Under the pieces are notes generated by a model, which saw nothing but the letters and a program-made list of their open reading frames with translations, had not been told where the DNA came from and ran no database searches. Below, in pieces: positions 1 through 8,505 of a DNA stretch of 64,000 nt; positions within the stretch are counted from its first letter, which is position 1, and every line of letters begins with the position of its first letter. The stretch is from IMG/VR virus record IMGVR_UViG_3300037264_003220, positions 1-64,000 of that record. One strand, written 5' to 3'. Origin of the DNA: a virus. Both the position numbers and the translations under genes were made by a program.

Positions 1-11
1 TTCCTAGTTGT

Positions 12-200
12 TCATTTTTTTCTTCGTCTTCGCTTAATTAATAAACCTCTACATGAACGAGTTTTGCCGCAATGTAATTTAGAACGACTAATAACTGCCG
101 TGTTTCCACAATCACAACGACAATACACATAGTCGTATATTGAAGCGTCAGCAATCACAACCAATCGACCAACTCTACTTCCTATAACTATATTATTCAT
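12..200 (-). pseudogene. Remnant of HNH endonuclease (N-terminal Cys-rich domain only)
   Basis: MNNIVIGSRVGRLVV...CRCDCGN...TRSCRGL resembles the N-termini of the HNH genes at 794-1618 and 3962-4573; SCGCL has decayed to SCRGL and it stops before the nuclease domain. Confidence 0.7.
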
Positions 201-657
201 CTTTGATATCCTTGAATGCCTGCAATCGGTTACGCGTTTTTCCCAACAAATCATGCTCAATAACATCGGCAGCCTTAAATAAAGCAATGCGTTCCGGCGA
301 GCCGCCCTTCTCTCGCTCCGCCAGCATGTGGAGATAAGCCAGGGCGTCGCCAATGCCGTCCCGATGATTTCTGATAAGCTTTTCTTCGACTTCTGGTTTC
401 CTAAAGCCACAAGAGACAAACGCATATAAGCCCAGTAAATATCTGTCACTCACAGGCTCGCCACTTACAAACCTGCGTAAGGTTTCACCGCACACCTCTG
501 CAAACCTATTACCTTCAATGGCGCATGAAGATAAAGCTTCCTGGAACATTGCTATATCATCAGGAGGCAATGCTTTTAAATATCCAGCCGCCATTTCTGC
601 CGCTGGGTGCGGTTCGCCATCTTTTAATGTGCCTCGTTCTATTTCTGACATATTCAT
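193..657 (-). CDS. Hypothetical phage protein
   Basis: 154-aa ORF, start overlaps upstream stop (ATGA), GGAGG upstream. Confidence 0.75.
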   Translation of the reverse strand: MNMSEIERGTLKDGEPHPAAEMAAGYLKALPPDDIAMFQEALSSCAIEGNRFAEVCGETLRRFVSGEPVSDRYLLGLYAFVSCGFRKPEVEEKLIRNHRDGIGDALAYLHMLAEREKGGSPERIALFKAADVIEHDLLGKTRNRLQAFKDIKDE

Positions 658-809
658 CCTCCAATTTTTGCGTCTGATACCTGATTATCAGGAATCGGCT
701 TAAAGCCTGCCATCATTTGTCCAATTTGTCGCGTTGTTAAACCTGCGCTGGGCGTGTGCATCGGCTCTGGAAAGAGCCATCGCCAAAATGATTTCAATTT
801 TTTTTGCAT
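654..809 (-). CDS. Small hypothetical protein (51 aa, not in ORF track)
   Basis: MQKKLKSFWRWLFPEPMHTPSAG...AKIGG*; fills the gap, stop overlaps next start. Confidence 0.55.
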   Translation of the reverse strand: MQKKLKSFWRWLFPEPMHTPSAGLTTRQIGQMMAGFKPIPDNQVSDAKIGG

Positions 810-979
810 TTTTCATACTTCGTTGGGCTGATGGTTTGTTGATGTGACCATTCCAATAAATCCATTACTGTATTTTTAGATGGAAAAAAACTTCGATTGT
901 GCGTTATACAGTCCGCCAATAATTCGTCCAACATGGCATGAAGCATTTTATGTCGCTTGATGTGCTCTTTCTTATTCAT
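794..979 (-). CDS. Small hypothetical protein, in frame with upstream HNH
   Basis: Own AAGGAG RBS before ATG at 979 (MNKKEHIKRHK...). Confidence 0.65.
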   Translation of the reverse strand: MNKKEHIKRHKMLHAMLDELLADCITHNRSFFPSKNTVMDLLEWSHQQTISPTKYEKCKKN

Positions 980-1618
980 ATTTACTCCTTTAATATGTTC
1001 ATCCCTTCTCATATATTCTTTTGGGCGTATCAATTTTGCGCCTCTGTCTCCATGAAGATAGCGTCGTCTAATAGTCTCATATACCAATCCATTTTTTTCT
1101 GCCAATTCAATTAACGGTACTCCATTATATTTTAGAGAACTTCTTTTATTCCTATTTTGTTCGGCGTAAGTTGCCCACCTGCAATTCTCAGATTTATAAT
1201 CTCCGTCATTGTCGATACGCTCAATCGTATGTTTTGGCGATGGCTTTACGCCCATATCAGCAAAAAAATTATTAAAATTATGCCAACGTTTACAAACTTT
1301 AATCCCACGTCCGCCGTAACGATTGTACGCATGGTTATTTTTATTTTCACAGCGTTGTCTAACCTCCATCCAACAACGATACTCCGAAGAACATCCAGAC
1401 CGACGAGATTGACCATGAATTGTATTTCTTTTTTTAGCTTGGTCGATTTGCAGACATCCACATGATTGAGTATTCTTACTTTGCAAATTACCCGCTCTTA
1501 CAATCACTTTCTTGCCACAATTACATTGGCAAAGCCACGCTTTACACTTACAAGCATGAGCCGCTGATGTAACCACTAAACGACCAAATCTATGACCAAT
1601 ATCAATTTTATTTTTCAT
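794..1618 (-). CDS. HNH homing endonuclease (Cys-rich N-terminus, HNH, C-terminal HTH), reading through into the downstream small gene
   Basis: GxRFGRLVV, CxCxCG, SCGC, YGGRGIKVC.RW, TIERIDNDGDY...NCRWAT..EQNRN. Confidence 0.9.
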   Translation of the reverse strand: MKNKIDIGHRFGRLVVTSAAHACKCKAWLCQCNCGKKVIVRAGNLQSKNTQSCGCLQIDQAKKRNTIHGQSRRSGCSSEYRCWMEVRQRCENKNNHAYNRYGGRGIKVCKRWHNFNNFFADMGVKPSPKHTIERIDNDGDYKSENCRWATYAEQNRNKRSSLKYNGVPLIELAEKNGLVYETIRRRYLHGDRGAKLIRPKEYMRRDEHIKGVNMNKKEHIKRHKMLHAMLDELLADCITHNRSFFPSKNTVMDLLEWSHQQTISPTKYEKCKKN

Positions 1619-2612
1619 CTTTAATTTTCCTGATTTCGTAATCTTTGGTGATAGTTCCATATCTACTGTCGCCACGCACTGCTGGATGCCAGAACCAGGA
1701 ACCACGATATTTTCCAAATAACGGTTTATCAGTGAAATTTTTAAAATGACCCCTGACTATCGAAAGAGCCTGTGGCGTTAAATCCTCGCTACCTTGGTTG
1801 CCTTCTCGGATGATTCGCTTAGGCACGTCCAAGACAAGCGTGTGATGGCGAAATAGCGGGAGCCGCCCGCGACGAATCCTGGCTCGCTGCAAAGCGTCAG
1901 GGATTGGCGGCGCCGCCTGTTCCTTGATTCCACGGGCATGAAGGAAGCTCAGGCTCATACATGGGACGCCCGCCATTGAACGAGCGTATTCGATAGCGCT
2001 TTGATGACCTTGTTCCGCCCGTTCTTTCAGCATTTCCACGAGCCAATTTGAAGGATGACTCATGACTCCTTTACCGTTAATTTCAGGGCTTGCGAATGAT
2101 TCCCCATTCGCCTTGGCGAGCAAAAACGTATTGCCGACGAACATGACCAATTTTTCAACATTGAATCGAACAAACATGGTCATGTGCAAAATCCATTTTA
2201 ATTCCTCTGGCGGCACATCAGCCATATCAAGAAGCGATTGAGCTACATTGTCTGTTCCCTTCAAGCCAAATTTAATCAGCACCGTCATCTTAAGTTCACG
2301 TAAAGTATTTTCTGCTTCTTGCGCGGTTCGACATTCGGCGCTGCTAATTAAAACTCCAATGGTCTGACGATTCTCGTTTGGTAAATTCCATTCCATCCAC
2401 ATTGAGCGATAAGCGGGCGCCACGTTAGGAAAGTCTTTCCAATCCCATTCATTCTTTTTTGCTTCCATATATTCACAAACATTATTGACCTTAAAAACTA
2501 CTGGTTTCTCTCGGTCAAAAAATTCAGACATAAAGTCCGCAGGCAACTCGTTAAAGTTGTTTGGCATCTTTTTTGGGTCGCGCCGCAGTTCAGCAATATC
2601 ATCAATAAGCAT
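1608..2612 (-). CDS. Hypothetical phage protein with C-terminal VRGH...W..P..RG motif
   Basis: 334-aa ORF, coupled start/stop; C-terminal motif type recurrent in phage early proteins. Confidence 0.75.
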   Translation of the reverse strand: MLIDDIAELRRDPKKMPNNFNELPADFMSEFFDREKPVVFKVNNVCEYMEAKKNEWDWKDFPNVAPAYRSMWMEWNLPNENRQTIGVLISSAECRTAQEAENTLRELKMTVLIKFGLKGTDNVAQSLLDMADVPPEELKWILHMTMFVRFNVEKLVMFVGNTFLLAKANGESFASPEINGKGVMSHPSNWLVEMLKERAEQGHQSAIEYARSMAGVPCMSLSFLHARGIKEQAAPPIPDALQRARIRRGRLPLFRHHTLVLDVPKRIIREGNQGSEDLTPQALSIVRGHFKNFTDKPLFGKYRGSWFWHPAVRGDSRYGTITKDYEIRKIKDEK

Positions 2613-2803
2613 TACGTTTTCCTCGTTTTAGTGATGGCTTTCAGTTTCATATTTTTCTCATACGCATTAACAGCGCGAGCAATTTTCACCAGTAACTCCT
2701 TGGATTCATATCCTTCAAAAATCAACATACCGTCTGCGGAATGCACTGACCATCCCCATTCGTTTGAAGATAATTTCCATGGTGTCGGCGCGTATTTTTT
2801 CAT
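2612..2803 (-). CDS. Small hypothetical protein
   Basis: 63 aa, AAGGAG RBS, N-terminal TPW motif. Confidence 0.65.
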   Translation of the reverse strand: MKKYAPTPWKLSSNEWGWSVHSADGMLIFEGYESKELLVKIARAVNAYEKNMKLKAITKTRKT

Positions 2804-2814
2804 AGATAGCTCCT

Positions 2815-3105
2815 TTACAATTCAATGTCGCCGCGAGGAATAAGATTCTCAGCAATGCACCATTCGCATACGTCCGTATTTTCTGGAACACAAAAACACT
2901 CTGACGCTTTATGTTCCGCTAAAAGTGCCTTATAAGAATTAACGGCATTCTCAAGATTCCTCCTGACTCCCAATTCTAAAAGACACATTGTTTGAGGCAG
3001 AGTGCCATGCGGAGGCGTGCCGTAAAGGTCGGTATATTTTTTCCATGCGTCATGAATCCATTGCCCCAGCTGCTCCAGTAACGGTATGGTTGCATTCTTT
3101 TTCAT
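2815..3105 (-). CDS. Hypothetical protein (CxC...CxxC)
   Basis: 96 aa, coupled to upstream gene. Confidence 0.65.
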   Translation of the reverse strand: MKKNATIPLLEQLGQWIHDAWKKYTDLYGTPPHGTLPQTMCLLELGVRRNLENAVNSYKALLAEHKASECFCVPENTDVCEWCIAENLIPRGDIEL

Positions 3106-3356
3106 AATGTTTCCTCCATGACTTTGCGTTCAGAATGAATTGCTTCAATATGGGGTCTCCACTCGTGCGGCGTCATGGCGTTAATGTCGCTCTCAAAAGC
3201 GCCGCGAGCTTCACCATAAACCACAACACCAAGCGCTTCGACCGCAGTAAGTTGAGGCTGAGTCTCAATATTAAGCGCATGGCGCATGGACAACGTTGCC
3301 CGTAGCATTGACACAAAATGAGAATCAAGCTCAAGCGTTATTCGTACTTTTTTCAT
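3102..3356 (-). CDS. Hypothetical protein
   Basis: 84 aa, GAGGAG RBS. Confidence 0.65.
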   Translation of the reverse strand: MKKVRITLELDSHFVSMLRATLSMRHALNIETQPQLTAVEALGVVVYGEARGAFESDINAMTPHEWRPHIEAIHSERKVMEETL

Positions 3357-3368
3357 ATTCGGCTCCTC

Positions 3369-3521
3369 TTATTTTTTCGCCATGGCAATGGCTTCTTCAA
3401 GTTCATTCATGAACTTATTTTCAAAATAATTGCCGTCGTTATATTTATCTGTTTTGGCGACATAATCCCTGGCTTTAATGACCATAGTAAGCAGAGCTTC
3501 ATTCAATTTATCATTGTCCAT
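3369..3521 (-). CDS. Small hypothetical protein (50 aa, not in ORF track)
   Basis: MDNDKLNEALLTMVIKARDYV...AMAKK*, AAGGAG upstream. Confidence 0.6.
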   Translation of the reverse strand: MDNDKLNEALLTMVIKARDYVAKTDKYNDGNYFENKFMNELEEAIAMAKK

Positions 3522-3527
3522 AATCGC

Positions 3528-3974
3528 TCACGCTCCTTTGTGTTTGTTGCTTTTGAATCGAAAAACTCTTTCGACTCGCCTCACTCCAATTCGATTCAAT
3601 TTAACTTCGATGCGACATTTTTTCCCAATTAAGTCTGATATATCCCCGTCACCAATTAATTTACCTTCCGTCATTGCAGAATACCAAGATACAGCCATAT
3701 TTATAGTACACGGATAGGCGGCGACAACTTCATTTTTATATTTTCCTTGCGCAATTTTAAAAAACCATCCTCCCATCCTATTTTTTGAAAATCTTGTAAA
3801 CAAGATATCAGCCAATTTAGCTTTATAAATATCTGGAGGTGCATTCGTATTTGCGTGTAGCAGATGTTCCCTTTCCCTTTGTCGCGCCCATAATACGTGC
3901 ACAGGGTCTACTAGAGGCTCATTTTTATATGTTTTATTCATATACACTCGCGCTCCTTTAATTATTTTGACCAA
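3528..3974 (-). CDS. Hypothetical protein (probable start near 3941)
   Basis: ORF with AAGGAG before MNKTYK. Confidence 0.6.
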   Translation of the reverse strand: MVKIIKGARVYMNKTYKNEPLVDPVHVLWARQREREHLLHANTNAPPDIYKAKLADILFTRFSKNRMGGWFFKIAQGKYKNEVVAAYPCTINMAVSWYSAMTEGKLIGDGDISDLIGKKCRIEVKLNRIGVRRVERVFRFKSNKHKGA

Positions 3975-4573
3975 CCTTGTACACGTCGTATTAACTTTGT
4001 GCCTCGTTCGCCTTTGTGATAGCGCACTCGGACAGTTTCGTAAGATAAATTATGCTTTTGAGCAAAATCAGAAAGATAACAACCATTAACTTGGATTGTT
4101 TTACGTTGATTATTAGATTGCTCTTGCGCCGTTGCCCAACGAATGTTTCCTGGCTCATAATGTCCATCATTATTGATGCGGTCGAGAGATAATTTTGACG
4201 ATGGACGCAAACCAATAGTTGCCTTCAAATCAAACAAGAAATTAACAAAATTGTGCCACGGTGGATGAACTGTGATGTTGCGCCCACCATAATCTTTATA
4301 TGCTTTATCATTCTTGTTTTCACAACGTTGAATCATATGATGCCAAGCTCGATACTCTGGCGACCTTCTGTGAGCAGCATTGTGGCCATGCTTTGTAAGA
4401 AGTTTCACACGCAAACAACCACATGAACGAGTTGTTCCACGACGCAAATTGGATTGATAAGCAATCTGCTCTTTTCCGCAATCGCATCGACAACGCCAGC
4501 GTGCTTGGCTATATTTGCCAGAAGCGACTTTATTTATTACGGTTAAAAGCCCAAATCTATTACCTATGTCCAT
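3962..4573 (-). CDS. HNH homing endonuclease
   Basis: GNRFGLLTV, CRCDCG, SCGC, YGGRNI, SLDRINNDGHYEPGNIRWAT..EQSNN; GGAGG RBS. Confidence 0.9.
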   Translation of the reverse strand: MDIGNRFGLLTVINKVASGKYSQARWRCRCDCGKEQIAYQSNLRRGTTRSCGCLRVKLLTKHGHNAAHRRSPEYRAWHHMIQRCENKNDKAYKDYGGRNITVHPPWHNFVNFLFDLKATIGLRPSSKLSLDRINNDGHYEPGNIRWATAQEQSNNQRKTIQVNGCYLSDFAQKHNLSYETVRVRYHKGERGTKLIRRVQGWSK

Positions 4574-4739
4574 GTTGGCAACCTCCATTCAAATAATGAA
4601 CCCGCTTGGCGGCGTCCTCTCTTGAGTCATGGTCGCTATCGGCGTGCCAGTTCCCGCTTGGGTCGTAGAACCCAACCGTCCAAAGTTCTGGCTCGCTCTT
4701 GATATAAACCCACGTTGTCGATTCCGTTTTATTTTCCAT
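4560..4739 (-). CDS. Small protein, paralog A (LWTVGFYDP...AAKRVHYLNGG)
   Basis: AGGAGG RBS; strong identity to 5198-5353. Confidence 0.8.
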   Translation of the reverse strand: MENKTESTTWVYIKSEPELWTVGFYDPSGNWHADSDHDSREDAAKRVHYLNGGCQHGHR

Positions 4740-4893
4740 GACGCCTCCTGTGCCTTTGCCAATATTTATGGACGTGCTCATTGGTATGGGTGGCGAACCA
4801 ATCATAAGGAATATCAATCGTCACACGAATCTTGGTTCCGCCGACCTTGGTCTCAAATCGAATCAGTCTTCCCCAGGTTTGTTTTTTCTTCAC
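4729..4893 (-). CDS. Small hypothetical protein (54 aa, GTG start)
   Basis: MKKKQTWGRLIRFETKVGG...HGK*; start overlaps stop of 4890-5198. Confidence 0.55.
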   Translation of the reverse strand: MKKKQTWGRLIRFETKVGGTKIRVTIDIPYDWFATHTNEHVHKYWQRHRRRHGK

Positions 4894-5198
4894 TTTTTTA
4901 ATTTCCATAATCGTTGAAAAGTTACTCGTGGAATTTTTGAACGCCGCCTGTCGGCACTGTCTTGAAAAACCACGTCGCCGCCATCTATGCCAGTTATGAC
5001 CACTTCTCTATTCCCTTTAATGTAATGCCCGCCAACCTGAATGCGTCGCTCTAAAATCTTTTGCACATATGGACATGCGTATTGCTTATCGCGAAGCACG
5101 GGCTGGTCTTGGGCGTTAATAAGAATTGAATGGAACCCGTGTTGAGGGCATTGCCAGTATTGCACTTCGCCATTCGATGAAAATTGTTTCGATTTCAT
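4890..5198 (-). CDS. Hypothetical protein (CxxH...C, SH3-like C-terminus)
   Basis: 102-aa ORF, TAATG coupling. Confidence 0.65.
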   Translation of the reverse strand: MKSKQFSSNGEVQYWQCPQHGFHSILINAQDQPVLRDKQYACPYVQKILERRIQVGGHYIKGNREVVITGIDGGDVVFQDSADRRRSKIPRVTFQRLWKLKK

Positions 5199-5353
5199 TA
5201 CTCATGACCGCCATTTAAATAATGCACTCGTTTTGCTGCTTCGTCACTATCAGAATAGTCGCTTTCGGGATGCCATTTTCCTTGAGGGTCGTAAAATCCT
5301 ACTGTCCATAAATTTGGTTCAGTTTGTTTATAAACCCATACTGAATTTTCCAT
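5198..5353 (-). CDS. Small protein, paralog B (51 aa, not in ORF track)
   Basis: MENSVWVYKQTEPNLWTVGFYDPQGKWHPESDYSDSDEAAKRVHYLNGGHE*, AGGAGG RBS. Confidence 0.8.
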   Translation of the reverse strand: MENSVWVYKQTEPNLWTVGFYDPQGKWHPESDYSDSDEAAKRVHYLNGGHE

Positions 5354-5394
5354 TGAAGCCTCCTTTCTCGCTCACTCGTTTAAGTTCCCTATCC

Positions 5395-5416
5395 CTGCCC
5401 TCCTGAAGGAGGGCAG
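5395..5416 (-). other. GC-rich stem-loop after DUF932 gene
   Basis: ctgccctcc-tgaa-ggagggcag, perfect 9-bp stem; no U-tract on minus strand. Confidence 0.6.
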
Positions 5417-5426
5417 AGGAGAGAGC

Positions 5427-6431
5427 TTACTTCGCCAATTCCAAGGCAACGTCCCACGCTTTTTGCTTAAGCACGGCTCCGCTACCCATCAAAAGTGACT
5501 TCGTGCGATTTTCCTCAGAGCCACGGGTCTGCCGATAGAAGTCAGCATATTCAACCACGGCATTCAACCCACCCCAAAGCGTGCCCCGCACGCCAGGAAT
5601 TTCGGTTCCCTTGCCATGCTCGAACAAGCCGGACACTTCCTCCATGATATTGAAGATGTTCGTCTTTGCCCGTCCTTCCTCGTCGCCCTTGGGAGCCAAA
5701 CCAAGGGTCTTGAGATAATCCTTGAATGCGCCTTGGGTCAATTGAACCGTGGCAAGTCTCTTAGAGGCTTCGGCAAAAATCTTTTCTTTCGCCGAGATAA
5801 CGCCAAGAGCCTGACGAACTTCTTCGATTTTAAGACCCATTGAGGCGGTGTGACGCAGAGCAACGGAGATTTCATTGTCATTGCTTGTCAACGCCATGTT
5901 GAGCGTGTTTTGACAAACAACCCGAATGCCCGTCCATTTCACAATGACCGAGCCGGAGCCATCATGACGGTTCATGAGGAGCAGGTATTTTTCGGTGATA
6001 TCATTTTTGACGGTCTCAATAACACCGTTTAGCTTGGCAAGAATCCAAACTATTTCGCCGTCGCCCAAGGCTCCTGCCGTATGATAAATGGCTTCTTTGA
6101 TTCCAACCAGGGCATCGGTAAGGTGAAACGCTTCCTTATTTTGAAGCACGGTGTAACGGTCGCCCACAACGCCAAGAGGCGTGTTGGTGTCTTTGCGGAC
6201 GGTCGCCCACTTATTGGGAACCTTTTTGAGGTTGTCGACGCTCACGTCATGACCCATGCCCGTATAGGCGTAGATGGGTTTTTTTTCGACTTCGTAATTC
6301 AACCCTGCCAATTCAATTGCCTGTGCCGAAGTCATAGCGTTCTCAACGTGCGTCCCTAAGCTATGCCAAGGCTTTTCTCCCGTGTATGCCATGCTGACTT
6401 TCCCATTCGTTACATTCAGATTATGCGCCAT
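5427..6431 (-). CDS. DUF932 family phage/plasmid protein (TIGR03299-like)
   Basis: MAHNL...MAY.GEKPWH.LG, LGVVGDRY.V.QN, TAGAL..G, HDGSGS, RVVCQNT, GTLWG..NAV.EY.D. Confidence 0.88.
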   Translation of the reverse strand: MAHNLNVTNGKVSMAYTGEKPWHSLGTHVENAMTSAQAIELAGLNYEVEKKPIYAYTGMGHDVSVDNLKKVPNKWATVRKDTNTPLGVVGDRYTVLQNKEAFHLTDALVGIKEAIYHTAGALGDGEIVWILAKLNGVIETVKNDITEKYLLLMNRHDGSGSVIVKWTGIRVVCQNTLNMALTSNDNEISVALRHTASMGLKIEEVRQALGVISAKEKIFAEASKRLATVQLTQGAFKDYLKTLGLAPKGDEEGRAKTNIFNIMEEVSGLFEHGKGTEIPGVRGTLWGGLNAVVEYADFYRQTRGSEENRTKSLLMGSGAVLKQKAWDVALELAK

Positions 6432-6468
6432 TTTAGTGCCTCCTTAAATCAATTTGCTCCCTCAATAG

Positions 6469-6499
6469 AGAATACGATTGACTGTTCCAAACCATAAAT
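6469..6499 (-). promoter_or_regulatory. Phage promoter motif copy 1 (TTATGG-N17-TATTCT)
   Basis: ATTTATGgtttggaacagTCAATCGTATTCT upstream of DUF932; matches copies at 9334 and 58422. Confidence 0.75.
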
Positions 6500-6569
6500 C
6501 CAAAACGACGCTATTTATAAGCGTGTTTATTAGAGCAATCAAAAAGGTCAAATACTGCATCTCAATGCT

Positions 6570-6836
6570 TTGTTTGAGCCTGTTATATCCCGCCATCGAG
6601 TCGATTCTCTTTTCGTAAAATTGAGAATGTCAGTTGAACAATTCAAATTCAAACGCTGTGAATATTGCGGGCGCAACATGGTCATCTTGCATATTGAGTT
6701 GACGCGCCGCGCCTGTCGACCTCGGTGCATACGCACGGGGCGATGCGCATCATGTAAAAAAATTAACACCGACCCATGTCCTGACACAAAACATGAAGGT
6801 CATAAATGTGACCGCTCAATTTGGATTCATGAATGA
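6570..6836 (+). CDS. Cys-rich Zn-finger hypothetical protein
   Basis: CEYC...CASC...CPD..H; stop coupled to 6833 start. Confidence 0.5.
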   Translation: MFEPVISRHRVDSLFVKLRMSVEQFKFKRCEYCGRNMVILHIELTRRACRPRCIRTGRCASCKKINTDPCPDTKHEGHKCDRSIWIHE

Positions 6837-7036
6837 AAATTAAAGATATCAAGTTGAACAAAAGGCGATACTGCCGCGAAGATTTCGCGCCAGGAGAATT
6901 TCTGATTTTTAAATTCATTGGCGCCGAGTGGGTCGTCGCCATAAACGAAGCAGGCAAAGAAGTCGTCCTTCCTAAGCCAAGCGAAAAGAATGATGAGTGG
7001 TTATTTTTTGACAATGAAGTTATTGAAGACGATTAA
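6833..7036 (+). CDS. Small hypothetical protein
   Basis: 67 aa, ATGA coupling. Confidence 0.6.
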   Translation: MKIKDIKLNKRRYCREDFAPGEFLIFKFIGAEWVVAINEAGKEVVLPKPSEKNDEWLFFDNEVIEDD

Positions 7037-7040
7037 TTTT

Positions 7041-7226
7041 TTACGACGGTTGCCATGACACCTTTTTTGTTCGTTTATTGTAAGTGTACTCCCCGATTCC
7101 TTTAACAGATATTTGACGCTTCTGCTGCCCCGCATGGCGAGCCAAGACCCTTCTCCAAGCAGATAATTCGTCAATTAATTCCAACACTCTTTTAAGTCCG
7201 GCAACTGATAATTCACAAGTAGACAT
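7041..7226 (-). CDS. Small hypothetical protein
   Basis: 61 aa, AAGGAG RBS. Confidence 0.6.
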   Translation of the reverse strand: MSTCELSVAGLKRVLELIDELSAWRRVLARHAGQQKRQISVKGIGEYTYNKRTKKVSWQPS

Positions 7227-7260
7227 AATTTCTCCTTATTCTAATTTGATTAAAAATGTC

Positions 7261-7947
7261 TTATCCCATGCTGTCTGGCAATTGTCCTGGATACTTGAAT
7301 CCGCCTGGAGCGTCTAGTGTCGGCTCCTCACGCACGGGAGCCGTTGCCTTCTTTGCTTGATGCCACATGCGCTTCGCCAGAGACCGCTGCGCCTTGCTAA
7401 TGGCTGTTTTAATCCTTTTGCTTTTTGTCTCTAACTTTTTAATTTTCTTCTTAAGCTGTTCAATTTTATAGGCAGGAGTTTGGCGGATGGCTTTAAGTTT
7501 GCTGGCTCGGTCTTCATGCTTCTTCTGTGATTCAATTTTCTTTTCGACTTCAACATTCATCCTGTCTACCATGGTCTGCGCCTCGGCACGCGCCTTGTCT
7601 ATGAATTGCCTTGCTTCGCAGTAAACTTTAATGAGTGCCTTCTTAAACGTGCCTCTATGCCCGCGCCCTTTGAATTTTTCATAGTTCAAAATATGCGCCA
7701 CTTCATGATAGATAGTCCCAAGGCAACACCAGTGACCCGCTTTGGGCAGGCGAATATAGAGACGGTAAGTGCTCGTGTAGGCTTTGCCTCCAGAATTGTT
7801 TAAATCACATTCAACGCCAATGTCGGGAAGATTGAATTTCTTAGCAATAATGCGAGGTAGGAATATTCGTTCGGGGTATGGAATGCTGATTTCCCTTTCG
7901 GCAGGAAAAGAATCTCGTTCCCAATTATAAATTTCAAGACGTGCCAT
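7261..7947 (-). CDS. SprT-like zinc metalloprotease with C-terminal coiled coil
   Basis: HEVAH (HExxH) followed by GH...F; AGGAGG RBS. Confidence 0.75.
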   Translation of the reverse strand: MARLEIYNWERDSFPAEREISIPYPERIFLPRIIAKKFNLPDIGVECDLNNSGGKAYTSTYRLYIRLPKAGHWCCLGTIYHEVAHILNYEKFKGRGHRGTFKKALIKVYCEARQFIDKARAEAQTMVDRMNVEVEKKIESQKKHEDRASKLKAIRQTPAYKIEQLKKKIKKLETKSKRIKTAISKAQRSLAKRMWHQAKKATAPVREEPTLDAPGGFKYPGQLPDSMG

Positions 7948-7952
7948 AATTC

Positions 7953-8451
7953 CTCCTATTCGCTCTCGCTCATTATTCGATATGAAGACGGCTAAATGAC
8001 ATTGGTCTTGATAAGCGCTTTCCTCTGTCTCCTGCGCGATGGTAACGACACCAAGCAGTTGTATATTTCAAATTATTTTTATTGGCAAAATCTTTTAAAT
8101 ACAGTCCATTAATTTTAATCGTTCTACGCATATTTCGATTTTGTTCTTTTTGCGTAGCCCACTTGCAATTTTTTGGTTCATAGTTGCCATTATTGTCGAT
8201 GCGCTCAAGCGTGTGTTCCGGCGAAGGCTTTAATCCCATATCGGCTAAAAAGTTCTTGAATTTATGCCAACGTTTACAGACTTTAATTCCTCGACCGCCG
8301 TAATTTTTATAAGCTTTATTGTTTTTATTTTCGCAACGTTGCAATATATTGTTCCAAGAATTATATTTTGGCAAAATTCCTTGTTGCAATTTTAAGGTAG
8401 GATTACATTTTTGATGCAATGATATTCTCCTATGCGCTCTCGCTCATTATT
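7953..8451 (-). repeat. 25-bp direct repeat flanking HNH gene
   Basis: ctcctattcgctctcgctcattatt (7953-7977) vs ctcctatgcgctctcgctcattatt (8427-8451), 1 mismatch. Confidence 0.9.
7973..8419 (-). CDS. HNH homing endonuclease (lacks N-terminal Cys domain)
   Basis: YGGRGIKVCKRW, TLERIDNNGNYEPKNCKWAT.KEQNRN. Confidence 0.88.
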   Translation of the reverse strand: MHQKCNPTLKLQQGILPKYNSWNNILQRCENKNNKAYKNYGGRGIKVCKRWHKFKNFLADMGLKPSPEHTLERIDNNGNYEPKNCKWATQKEQNRNMRRTIKINGLYLKDFANKNNLKYTTAWCRYHRAGDRGKRLSRPMSFSRLHIE

Positions 8452-8470
8452 AAGTTTAGCATATTTGCCC

Positions 8471-8505
8471 ACTAAATTACAATCTAATAACTAAATTACA
8501 ATCTA
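8471..8505 (-). promoter_or_regulatory. Tandem 16-bp direct repeat overlapping -35 of a sigma70-like promoter
   Basis: actaaattacaatcta at 8471-8486 and 8490-8505; minus strand TTGTAA-N18-TAAACT with TG extended -10. Confidence 0.6.
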
